This document shows, in pieces, positions 7,984-16,554 of a DNA stretch of 64,000 nt. Source of the DNA: an uncultured Myxococcaceae bacterium (GTDB lineage: Bacteria > Myxococcota > UBA727 > JABDBI01); NCBI GenBank assembly GCA_964635635.1, contig CAZWPE010000001.1:639020-703019 (forward strand), written 5' to 3'. Positions within the stretch are counted from its first letter, which is position 1. Every line of letters begins with the position of its first letter. The notes below the pieces were generated by a model. The model made no database searches. It had not been told where the DNA came from and was given only the letters and a program-made list of their open reading frames with translations. Position numbers and translations under genes: made by a program.

Positions 7984-9909
7984 GAAATTAAGAGTATTCT
8001 CAGCCCTGCTCAAGGTGTCTCGACGTTTTTTAGCCTGCCCATCAGATAACGTTTCCGGCAAAAATTTGTTCAACTCAAGAAGTGCTAAGTTCGCTTCAGA
8101 GTTCCCCTGATACTCTTTTAAACCCTTTAAAACAGCAGCATGTCTGCGACCATATTCACCCAACGAGCCTAAGTCAGTTTGAGGTCCAGCATAAAGTTCT
8201 CCTATGCTCGACCAATTGTCTAGAGTTAAATCTCTTTGTTCTGGATCAGCTTGTTTGAACTCAACCAGCTCCTCTCTCATTTGCTCAATCCGTTCATCAC
8301 AAGCAGTTAAAAAATTGATTCCAAGGTGTTCATTATCTTGAGATGTAAAAATCTCGGAGTTTTTCATAGATGGACTTTCTGCTTTTCTCCACATTTGCTT
8401 AATTAAATTCTGCGCCTCTTCCAGACTCAATTCTCTATCCACTATCAATGGAACCGAAGCCACACGAACCCTGGGTCCATCCATCAATACCAATGTACGT
8501 CTAAGTTTCAATTTAGACTTCTTCTCTGACGTTGGAGCTTCTTCAACTATCCATCCTGCATGCCGATTAAACATCCCTGGTTCGTCCAGAATCATCCAAA
8601 ATGGTTTCGAATCTAAAATACCCAGCTGTTTACGCAAATAAGCATTAGCCGATTGAAAATCAGGATCCTCAATCTTCTTTCTGGAAAATGCAGCCTTGTT
8701 TTTATTCCACCTGTTCATCGTCCCTGAACTCATAATCTCAGGCATAAATGGGAGATCCGGGAAACCATCTGTATGGAATTGAGTATTAATAGAACTTCGC
8801 TGTTGAAATGCAGCTCCTATTTGCGACAATTCTGCATCCTCTGCCTCTTGAGTCAACATTAGAATTTCTGCACCAGCAGCCATAATTTCTTTCGCACCGG
8901 GTTTGCCTTTAGTTACTGTTCTTATCCACTCAATAGCCTGAGGATTATCTGCTAAAAATTTTCCAAATTTTTGTTTAGTTGTTTCTGACCAACTGAATGT
9001 AGGCCCTAGAAATGAAACTATATTTTTAAGCTCCTCATTAAGAAACCACACTTTCAGAGCCTCAGCGTGCTTCGTATCAGCACTTCTAAGCCCAAACCAA
9101 GTTGACTTTCTAAGATGGACATCAGGACGATCTCTTTCGATAATTTCAATTGCTTCCTGGAGCGTCTTGCCCTGATATTTCATTAAGTACGCCGCTAAAA
9201 CAGTCGGGCTCCGACCAACACCGCTTTTGCAATGCAAATAAACAGGGCGGGTATCTTTAGGATTAGTCAGGGCCTGATGCAAAGCCTCAACACCCCTGTT
9301 TATTTCATCAGGCTTCATGCCAACATTGTCTTGAGACTCAACAATCGTAGCTTCTGCACGCATTGCTGGATTCATGTTTTCGGCTTCCCAGTGCTCTAGA
9401 ATTGCAACACATTTGAATGCAGGCCTTCTATCCTGCTGTACGGTGCCTATAGATGGAAGTTCTTCCCAACCACCTGGGATATCAGCTCCTTTCCCCCACT
9501 GCTTTTCTCCCTTCTGATCTGGGATCATTCCCAAATAAAGCTTCCTGCTGTTTTCATCATTTGAGTATTTAATCTGATTAAAAGCTGAGCCTGAAACACC
9601 TGCCGTGCCTTTTGTGTTTGCCTTACCTGCTTTGGATAGCATAAAGGTTCTACGGAACCATAATGCAGTTTTGTAGTAGGCTTGCTTATACCAACTTGTC
9701 TCGGTAACTTCTGAATGCCGATCAGACTGAGTAAAGACATCCGACGTATCGCTCATCAGATAAGCAGAATCTCCCCGCTTTAAAGAACTATAATTTTCAG
9801 TTCTATCCATACTTGTCGGTTCGGTTCTTGGCGTAATTGGCAACTTAACATCGCTCATAATATCCCGAAGTCTATCATCCAATTGTCCTAGGAAGCATGC
9901 ATGAGCCAA
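7954..9909 (-). CDS. Large protein with a dual-specificity / tyrosine phosphatase domain (CX5R active site)
   Basis: 651 aa. VYLHCKSGVGRSPTVLAAYLM is a canonical HCxxGxxRS/T PTP/DSP P-loop. The rest has no recognisable family. 30-nt convergent overlap with the amine-oxidase gene. Confidence 0.6.
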   Translation of the reverse strand: MAHACFLGQLDDRLRDIMSDVKLPITPRTEPTSMDRTENYSSLKRGDSAYLMSDTSDVFTQSDRHSEVTETSWYKQAYYKTALWFRRTFMLSKAGKANTKGTAGVSGSAFNQIKYSNDENSRKLYLGMIPDQKGEKQWGKGADIPGGWEELPSIGTVQQDRRPAFKCVAILEHWEAENMNPAMRAEATIVESQDNVGMKPDEINRGVEALHQALTNPKDTRPVYLHCKSGVGRSPTVLAAYLMKYQGKTLQEAIEIIERDRPDVHLRKSTWFGLRSADTKHAEALKVWFLNEELKNIVSFLGPTFSWSETTKQKFGKFLADNPQAIEWIRTVTKGKPGAKEIMAAGAEILMLTQEAEDAELSQIGAAFQQRSSINTQFHTDGFPDLPFMPEIMSSGTMNRWNKNKAAFSRKKIEDPDFQSANAYLRKQLGILDSKPFWMILDEPGMFNRHAGWIVEEAPTSEKKSKLKLRRTLVLMDGPRVRVASVPLIVDRELSLEEAQNLIKQMWRKAESPSMKNSEIFTSQDNEHLGINFLTACDERIEQMREELVEFKQADPEQRDLTLDNWSSIGELYAGPQTDLGSLGEYGRRHAAVLKGLKEYQGNSEANLALLELNKFLPETLSDGQAKKRRDTLSRAENTLNFLIFHPKSPL

Positions 9910-9941
9910 AATTGTTGTTGCTGTGACAATAAGTATCTAGC

Positions 9942-10487
9942 ATGAGAAGCTTATTCTTCGCGTTCTGGGCTTGCACCCTTCTGGCCCAAAAAGATCCTTT
10001 AAAATCGGTTAAAGCCTTAGACCTGAAACGCTATATGGGCCTATGGCATGAAGTAGCTAGGCTCCCCAACTCATTTGAGCGCAACTGCGAAAAAGCAACT
10101 GCAGAGTATTTCCTCAATGATGATGGAACTGTCCGAGTTTTGAATACCTGCGTCAAAGAAAATGGATACACCAAAAACATTAAAGGCAGGGCCTATATCC
10201 CAGACCCAGACTACCCTGCTCAGTTAAAAGTTAACTTTGTACCTAAGTGGCTCAGTTGGACAGGTTTGGGTTGGGGTGACTATTGGGTAATCGATCTAGA
10301 TTCCGATTACCAATGGGCTGTGGTGAGCGAGCCCTCCCGCGAATATTTGTGGATTTTAAGCCGATCCCCCCAAATGCCGCCCGAAGTATTTGGCGGTATT
10401 GTGAATAGACTGAAAGCGAAGCAATTCGATCTAACGCACCTCTTGATTTCGCCAGACTCTAAAGCTCTCAGCCGCTTGCTCAAGTAA
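9942..10487 (+). CDS. blc: Bacterial lipocalin (outer-membrane lipoprotein Blc)
   Basis: 181 aa. LDLKRYMGLWHEVARLPNSFE, DYWVIDLDSDYQWAVVSEPSREYLWILSR match the Blc signature regions. Confidence 0.85.
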   Translation: MRSLFFAFWACTLLAQKDPLKSVKALDLKRYMGLWHEVARLPNSFERNCEKATAEYFLNDDGTVRVLNTCVKENGYTKNIKGRAYIPDPDYPAQLKVNFVPKWLSWTGLGWGDYWVIDLDSDYQWAVVSEPSREYLWILSRSPQMPPEVFGGIVNRLKAKQFDLTHLLISPDSKALSRLLK

Positions 10488-11129
10488 CATCCCATACCCA
10501 TTAAAAGCCTGCGCTCCATCTGCGTGGGCTTTTTGCATGAGAGGGGTCTCTTCTGGCACGTAGACCAAGTCATATAACACCTGGCCGGGATTAAACCCTG
10601 TCTGCGCAAGCAAATCTGGGTCCAGGCCTGGTGTGCAATTGACAGTCAAGTACGCTGGCTTAGGTATGCCCCCTAAACGCCTGGTCCAGGTATCAATAGA
10701 GCCTGCACCTGCTTGTTCCAAAGCGTATTTAATTGCCTTTGAAGAGCCACCTGCTCCTAAAATCAGAACCGGCTTACCTTTGATATCAATACCCTTGGCA
10801 GCCAAATCTCCCAAGAAACCATGCGCATCGGTGTTATCCCCCATCAGCTTGTTACCTTGCCAGAACAGCGTGTTAACTGCCCCAATTGCCAAAGCTCGTT
10901 CTGTGAGAGCATCCACATAAGCCATCACAGATTCTTTGTGGGGAGTTGTCACATTCGCACCGCGAAAGTTATTGGCCCGAAAACGTTGAATCGCCGACTC
11001 TAAATCTTCTGGCTTGGTTGGCAAGAGGCAATAGTCCCAATCCAGTCCAGCTTGTTTAAAAGCCGTATTATGAATCTCCGGGCTCTTAGAGTAAGTCACC
11101 GGCCAACCAAAAATTCCAAAATGCTTCAC
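10431..11129 (-). CDS. aroE: Shikimate 5-dehydrogenase. ORF track extends to 11225; the GTG at 11129 giving MKHFGIFGWP... is the likelier start.
   Basis: FGIFGWPVTYSKSPEIHNTAF, VTTPHK and GDNTD motifs. 57-nt convergent overlap with blc. Confidence 0.85.
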   Translation of the reverse strand: MKHFGIFGWPVTYSKSPEIHNTAFKQAGLDWDYCLLPTKPEDLESAIQRFRANNFRGANVTTPHKESVMAYVDALTERALAIGAVNTLFWQGNKLMGDNTDAHGFLGDLAAKGIDIKGKPVLILGAGGSSKAIKYALEQAGAGSIDTWTRRLGGIPKPAYLTVNCTPGLDPDLLAQTGFNPGQVLYDLVYVPEETPLMQKAHADGAQAFNGYGMLLEQAAESFRVWRNQEVR

Positions 11130-11189
11130 AAACAAAGAGTTACACAAAATTTGACTTTTTAACCAGAACAATTTAAATTCTAACCAGAT

Positions 11190-11444
11190 ATGAGAAATTC
11201 TGGCATATTTGAAACCAAGACCCATTTTTCACAGCTCATTGAAGAAGTGATGGCCGGAGAATCTATATCCATTACCCGTCATGGCCAAGAAGTTGCTCGA
11301 TTAGTTCCTCCCCCTGAACATTCTTCTCAAAATTTTCGAGAAACCATTCAAAAAATTAAAGCGCTCAGAGAGGAACTGGCACTCAAGAACCCTGAACCTG
11401 ATCAGATGTCCATTCGCGAAATGATCGAATGGGGTCGCCAGTGA
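11190..11444 (+). CDS. Type II antitoxin, Phd/YefM family
   Basis: 84 aa. N-terminal ...ETKTHFSQLIEEVMAGESISITRHGQEVARLVP is the Phd/YefM fold signature. Overlaps the downstream PIN toxin. Confidence 0.8.
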   Translation: MRNSGIFETKTHFSQLIEEVMAGESISITRHGQEVARLVPPPEHSSQNFRETIQKIKALREELALKNPEPDQMSIREMIEWGRQ

Positions 11445-11854
11445 AAACACGCATTGTCTTCGACTGCTCTATGGCTGCCGCATGGCTTCTTCCTCAGCAA
11501 TCTACGCTAAAATCGGATGAATTGCTGGAAGCAGTTGGTGAGTACCAGTTGGTTGTTCCACATATTTGGGAAGCCGAAATCAGCAATGTCCTGCTTGTTC
11601 AAATTCGACGTGGAAAACTAACGCTTGCACAGGCCAACGGGTATATGGGTTACCTGAAAGAGCTGGAGCCCAGAGTCCATCCTTTATCTATCGAACAAAT
11701 GTTTGGCGAGGTTTTCCCACTGGCTCACCAATTTGGAATGAGCAGCTATGATGCAATCTATCTGAGTACCGCCCTTTCCTTAGGATTACCTCTAGCAACA
11801 TTAGATCAAAAACTCCAGTCTGCAGCCAAAAGCTGTGGAATCAAGCTCGCTTGA
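11429..11854 (+). CDS. vapC: Type II toxin, PIN-domain ribonuclease (VapC-like)
   Basis: 141 aa. IVFDCSMAAAWLL (first acidic residue) and SYDAIYLSTAL...LATLD motifs. Start overlaps the antitoxin stop. Confidence 0.8.
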   Translation: MGSPVKTRIVFDCSMAAAWLLPQQSTLKSDELLEAVGEYQLVVPHIWEAEISNVLLVQIRRGKLTLAQANGYMGYLKELEPRVHPLSIEQMFGEVFPLAHQFGMSSYDAIYLSTALSLGLPLATLDQKLQSAAKSCGIKLA

Positions 11855-11956
11855 CGGGTGCGCCCAAATACCCTACAAACCCCAGACTTAAAGCCTATGC
11901 CCATAAGAACTGCTTAGATCCTAGAGCGGCATAGAGCTACATTAGGAGAAATAAAA

Positions 11957-12574
11957 ATGGCACGATATCGTGGTCCTCGTTTGAAAATTATTCGTCGTCT
12001 CGGCACCCCGCTTCCAGGTTTGATGCGGACTGACCCAGATCTCAGAAGACCGTATGCACCAGGTCAGCACGGCCCAACCAAAAAGGGTAAACTGTCTGGC
12101 TATGCTCAACGTCTGAGAGAAAAACAAAAACTTCGCTTTCACTACGGCCTCAGCGAAAAGCAATTGCGCCGTTATGTTGCCAAGGCTTTTAGAACCAAAG
12201 GAAACCCAGGTTTGACCCTGCTGACTTCTTTGGAAAGCCGTTTGGACAGCGTCGTGTTCAGAGCTGGTTTTGCACCAAGCATCAACGCTGCACGCCAAAT
12301 GACTCGCCATGGTCACATCACTGTGGATGGTCGCAAAGTTGACATTCCATCTTTTGCCGTAACCCCAGGCGTCGTTTTGGCTGTTCGCGATAGTTCTAAA
12401 ATGAAAGAAGCCATCGCAGCCAATCGACAAGACCCCAATAACCTGACTGTTCCAGCTTATTTGACCCCTGTTGAAGGGACTGAACAACTCAAAATGGCAA
12501 TGGCGCCCGTGAGAGAAGATATCCCTGTGATTGTCAATGAGCAGATGATTGTGGAATACTACTCCGGCAAGTAA
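11957..12574 (+). CDS. rpsD: 30S ribosomal protein S4
   Basis: 205 aa. MARYRGPRLKIIRRLG... is the canonical S4 N-terminus, with an AGGAG RBS. Stand-alone, not in an alpha operon. Confidence 0.95.
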   Translation: MARYRGPRLKIIRRLGTPLPGLMRTDPDLRRPYAPGQHGPTKKGKLSGYAQRLREKQKLRFHYGLSEKQLRRYVAKAFRTKGNPGLTLLTSLESRLDSVVFRAGFAPSINAARQMTRHGHITVDGRKVDIPSFAVTPGVVLAVRDSSKMKEAIAANRQDPNNLTVPAYLTPVEGTEQLKMAMAPVREDIPVIVNEQMIVEYYSGK

Positions 12575-12593
12575 TTGTTAAGGAGTGATTCTT

Positions 12594-13214
12594 ATGAACT
12601 GGTCGTGGATTTCACAGTCTGGCCCCACAGCACTCGCAGTTTTGGGCCTCCTTTTGGCCTTCTCTGTGGTGAGTTGGTCCATTATTTTGCTCAAGCTTTT
12701 AGCCCTGCGCAAAGCCAGCAAATCTTCGGTGGAATTCACGGACATGTTCTGGAAAGTCAGACGTCTGGATCAAGTTTTCGAAGAATCCAGACGTTTTGAT
12801 CAAAGTCCCTTGGCGCAAGTTTTTCGTCAGGGATATCAAGAGTCCCAAAGCACAAGTGATGAACTTTCTGTTCAACATGCTTTACGTAAAGCTTCTGCTC
12901 AGCAGATGTCCGAACTTGAAAGCTTGGTGCCTTTTTTGGCTACGGTAGGCTCTACCTCACCTTTTATTGGTTTGTTTGGAACTGTTGTCGGAATCATGGC
13001 TTCGTTCCAAGAAATTGGACTTAAAGGTTCTGCAAGTTTAGCAACCGTCGCACCAGGAATTGCTGAAGCACTGGTTGCAACAGCTGCTGGTTTGGTTGCT
13101 GCAATACCTGCAGTGATTGCTTACAACTATTTTTCAAATCGCATTCGAGTGTTGGCTGGAGACATAGACACCTTCTCGAATGACTTTCTCAACATCATTC
13201 GCCGAGGTAAGTAG
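12594..13214 (+). CDS. MotA/TolQ/ExbB proton-channel family protein (orphan; no ExbD/TolR partner adjacent)
   Basis: Three TM segments and family signature SPFIGLFGTVVGIMASFQEI...AIPAVIAYNYF. ATG at 12594, 8 nt after AGGAG. Stop overlaps the uppS start. Confidence 0.75.
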   Translation: MNWSWISQSGPTALAVLGLLLAFSVVSWSIILLKLLALRKASKSSVEFTDMFWKVRRLDQVFEESRRFDQSPLAQVFRQGYQESQSTSDELSVQHALRKASAQQMSELESLVPFLATVGSTSPFIGLFGTVVGIMASFQEIGLKGSASLATVAPGIAEALVATAAGLVAAIPAVIAYNYFSNRIRVLAGDIDTFSNDFLNIIRRGK

Positions 13215-13912
13215 TGCTTCCTGAGCACGTGGCGATCGTCATGGACGGCAATGGCCGTTGGGCAAAAGCTCGAGGTCTTTCGCGTCTTGAAGGTCATCGT
13301 GCTGGCGTCAACAGTGCCACAGATATCGTGCGTTACTGCGGTGAACTTGGCATTCGCTACCTTACGCTCTATGCATTCTCCTCTGAGAATTGGAAGCGCC
13401 CTGCTGAAGAAGTCATAGGAATTATGGATCTGCTGCGCGAGTATCTATCGCGCGATAGCAACGAACTTGTTCAAAAAGGGGTACGGATTCAAGTGATTGG
13501 GAAGTCTGAAAAACTTCCCTTTGCACTTCAAACAGCTCTCAAATCTCTGTGCGAGAAAACAAAGCTTGGCAATAAACTTATTTTAACGATTGCACTTTCA
13601 TATGGATCACGCGCAGAAATTGCTGAAGCTGCTAAAAAAATCGCCTGGGATACCTTAGAAGGACGTCTGGATCCTGAAAAGATAAGTGAAGAAGTCTTTG
13701 CAGGATACCTACAAACTACAGGTATTCCAGACCCAGATTTATTAATTCGAACCAGCGGCGAAAAACGCCTATCCAATTTCTTATTGTGGCAGCTCTCATA
13801 CACTGAACTTTATATAACTGAAACGCTTTGGCCAGATTTCAACAGGGCTTCACTTGATTTAGCCTTGGCAGACTATGCGCGCCGCGAGCGACGATTTGGA
13901 GACGCCTCATGA
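13214..13912 (+). CDS. uppS: Di-trans,poly-cis-undecaprenyl-diphosphate synthase
   Basis: HVAIVMDGNGRWAK, ENWKRP, RTSGEKRLSNFLLWQ motifs. Confidence 0.9.
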   Translation: MLPEHVAIVMDGNGRWAKARGLSRLEGHRAGVNSATDIVRYCGELGIRYLTLYAFSSENWKRPAEEVIGIMDLLREYLSRDSNELVQKGVRIQVIGKSEKLPFALQTALKSLCEKTKLGNKLILTIALSYGSRAEIAEAAKKIAWDTLEGRLDPEKISEEVFAGYLQTTGIPDPDLLIRTSGEKRLSNFLLWQLSYTELYITETLWPDFNRASLDLALADYARRERRFGDAS

Positions 13913-14565
13913 ATCTTTTTTTGCGTATTATTAGCGCACTTATACTGTTACCTGGTTTTCTAGGTCTGTTTTACTTAAGCGGCTGGCCCCTCATGGTTTT
14001 GCTCGGTTTTATGCTGGCAACGTGTCTTTATGAATATTGGCAGATGATCCGAAATGTCATTCCAGCGAAAGCTGGAATCCAGGCATGGACCCCAGCCTAC
14101 GCTGGGGTGACAATTGGTATTGCCTACATCACACTCGGCATTAGCTCCCTCTATTTTCTACGTGAAAAAGCTGGATTCGCTGCAATTTTATTGGTTTTGA
14201 TTGCCACCTGGTCCAATGATACTTTTGCCTACTTCGCCGGAAAAACCTTTGGGAAACACAAACTGGCCCCAAAAATCAGTCCTGGAAAAACCTGGGAAGG
14301 CTTCTTCGGTGGCGCTCTAGGCTCCATCTGTATGCCATTAATCCTTTCGAATTTCTTAATACCACTCAGTACAGCTCAAATTCTTGGCGTTGCAGTTCCA
14401 TGCATCGTGTTGGCACCAGCGGGTGATCTGATCGAAAGCTGGATTAAACGCCGGCATGGAGTGAAAGACTCTGGCAGTTTGTTACCTGGACACGGAGGTG
14501 TTTTGGATCGAATTGACGCCCTACTGCTGACAGGACCCTGGGCTTTGATCTACTTTATACTATGA
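13909..14565 (+). CDS. cdsA: Phosphatidate cytidylyltransferase, carrying an in-frame palindromic-element insertion (see repeat 14055..14112)
   Basis: DTFAYFAGKTFGKHKLAPKISPGKTWEGFFGG and GHGGVLDRIDALL motifs. 4-nt overlaps with uppS and the downstream gene. Confidence 0.9.
   Translation: MNLFLRIISALILLPGFLGLFYLSGWPLMVLLGFMLATCLYEYWQMIRNVIPAKAGIQAWTPAYAGVTIGIAYITLGISSLYFLREKAGFAAILLVLIATWSNDTFAYFAGKTFGKHKLAPKISPGKTWEGFFGGALGSICMPLILSNFLIPLSTAQILGVAVPCIVLAPAGDLIESWIKRRHGVKDSGSLLPGHGGVLDRIDALLLTGPWALIYFIL
14055..14112. repeat. REP/RPE-like palindromic element inserted in frame within cdsA (encodes NVIPAKAGIQAWTPAYAGVT)
   Basis: tgtcat-TCCAGCgaaaGCTGGA-atccaggcatgga-CCCCAGCctacGCTGGGG-tgaca. 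Two perfect stem-loops (6 and 7 bp) bounded by terminal inverted repeats tgtca/tgaca. ~57 bp = 19 codons, frame preserved. Confidence 0.6.
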
Positions 14566-15104
14566 GCAAAAATGCAGCTCACATGATTAGTCAAGCCCGT
14601 CTAGAAAGACGTAAAGCCGCTGCTGATATTGCTGTAAGTCTCATCTCCGCCAAAGCCGATACTGATTTTGATCCAGCCAACTCCCCACTATGTGCCGTTG
14701 ATGTTGTCATGATTGCCGGAGCACCTTGGCTCAGAGAAGCCCTTGAAAAAGATTTCTCTAAAGATGAAAGTGGTTATCGAAAAATTGGTGGCGGTGCCAA
14801 CACTCCTGATAGACCTTATTTTTTCCGAAGCACCGCAAATCTAATCTATTTTTTAAAACGTCAAAATCTCTATTTCCCAAGAGGCTCAATCAAACCAAGT
14901 ATCGGGATGGCTTGTTTCTTTGACCATGAGGAACGGGGGAGATTTAACTTTATCCCCGATCGCAGTGGAATCATCACAGATATCCACAATGATCATGTCC
15001 GGGAAGTAGTGATGGCACTCGATGGTCTAGAAGTAACAAGGGTTCCAATTATTTTAGGGGGCCCCTTAGAACAAGCACTTATTGGTTATTCAGACCTACC
15101 TTAA
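14562..15104 (+). CDS. Hypothetical protein (sits where dxr normally follows cdsA)
   Basis: 180-aa ORF, 4-nt overlap with the cdsA stop. No recognisable motifs. Confidence 0.4.
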   Translation: MSKNAAHMISQARLERRKAAADIAVSLISAKADTDFDPANSPLCAVDVVMIAGAPWLREALEKDFSKDESGYRKIGGGANTPDRPYFFRSTANLIYFLKRQNLYFPRGSIKPSIGMACFFDHEERGRFNFIPDRSGIITDIHNDHVREVVMALDGLEVTRVPIILGGPLEQALIGYSDLP

Positions 15105-15240
15105 GCAGCACAGAAGCCAAGAATACTGCTCCTACCAACAACAGGGCCCATAGAGAGCTCAGGGGTCTTGGGTGTAATTCCATCATCTCATTTTAAATTA
15201 TCATTTGCGTTTCACTTTGGCTTTTGTGTAACCATGTGCC

Positions 15241-16554
15241 ATGAACAAGGGAATTGAGAAATTCAGTCTCAAAGCGATTCAAAACTACTATCACTCCTCC
15301 TTGATTTGCTTTGATGATCAAGAAACGCTTGTAGAAGCACTGGCAAATCGAATTGGGTTTTCCGGCGCCAATCCAATTGCATATCTTTCAATTTTAGCAC
15401 GCAGACCAGAGTTACGCCTGAGCGATCTAGATGAAGCATTGCTTACGGATAAAACTCTTGTCCGGGCAAATAGTTTCAAAAACTCTCTCTACCTGATGGC
15501 GAGTGTTGACTACCCTATTTATTTTAGAGCTCTCAATCAGCTTTTGCGAACTAGTAATATGGCTAAACTAAGCGAGATGGGTATTTCTGAGATTGATTTA
15601 CATCGAGCTCAACATCGTCTTGAAGACGTAAATTTTAAAACCCCACAAAGCCATGAACAACTCATGGAGTTGATTTTTTCGCGTGCCAACATGCCAGCAA
15701 ACCAAGATGTAGGAAGGCTTTTAATCCGCAAATTATGCGAAATCGGCACATTGGTTCGAACTTTTCACAAGGGCTGGAAAGGCAACGATTTCCTCTACGC
15801 ACTCACTAAAAACTGGTTTCCAGATTTTAAACTTGGATCCGAAAACCAAGAAACAGCCCGTGCGCATTTACTAAGACGCTATATTGGAACCTATGGACCC
15901 GTTTCAAAACTTGATATGATTTGCTGGACAGGTCTTACTGAAGCCCAAATTGATAGAACTTTTTCAAATATTCGAAGAGAGCTGGCCCAGATCTCAGTTG
16001 AAACCATGAGAGATGAACAATTTGTACTCAAAGAACGCCTCTCAATGATGCGTGAAGAATCTAATACTGAACATGGAATCGCATTTTTACCGCCTTTCGA
16101 TCCTTATACCTCTGGTTGGATTTGTCGAAAACGAACGGTCAAAAAAACAGACTATCCATTTGTATATGATGTTTTAGGGAATGCTGCAGCGACAATTGTC
16201 CACGCTGGAAAAATCATTGGAGTGTGGCAATTTAGAGACAGTAAAGACCATATTTTTGAGTATCATCTCTTTGATTCCTATCGGGACCTCAAATCTGACG
16301 TACATTTTTTAGCAAACTCCTACGCTCAAACACTCTCTCGTGTTTCAGGATCTCTCTCCACTTATATTTTTGAAAGGCCATTACCACAACCGCTGGCTTC
16401 CAGACCACCTGCTTCGTTCTTATGGCCATTGGGTAAAGAGCCTCCATTTAAAACCTCTGATGCAGATTTGCTCCTAAGTCCTCTGGAACGACGTACCTCT
16501 AATACTTTTCGAAAACCTTATTTAAGTAGCAATGAACAATCTCTGGCGAGTTAG
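15241..16554 (+). CDS. Winged-helix DNA-binding protein of the YcaQ/COG3214 family (putative crosslink-repair DNA glycosylase-like)
   Basis: 437 aa. HLLRRYIGTYGPVSKLDMICWTGL resembles the conserved COG3214 core. Assignment is by pattern only. Confidence 0.45.
   Translation: MNKGIEKFSLKAIQNYYHSSLICFDDQETLVEALANRIGFSGANPIAYLSILARRPELRLSDLDEALLTDKTLVRANSFKNSLYLMASVDYPIYFRALNQLLRTSNMAKLSEMGISEIDLHRAQHRLEDVNFKTPQSHEQLMELIFSRANMPANQDVGRLLIRKLCEIGTLVRTFHKGWKGNDFLYALTKNWFPDFKLGSENQETARAHLLRRYIGTYGPVSKLDMICWTGLTEAQIDRTFSNIRRELAQISVETMRDEQFVLKERLSMMREESNTEHGIAFLPPFDPYTSGWICRKRTVKKTDYPFVYDVLGNAAATIVHAGKIIGVWQFRDSKDHIFEYHLFDSYRDLKSDVHFLANSYAQTLSRVSGSLSTYIFERPLPQPLASRPPASFLWPLGKEPPFKTSDADLLLSPLERRTSNTFRKPYLSSNEQSLAS

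Noticed and set aside
11942-12487. 181-aa ORF on the minus strand
   Set aside because: Lies entirely antisense to rpsD (S4), which has an unambiguous identity and RBS. It is a typical shadow ORF.
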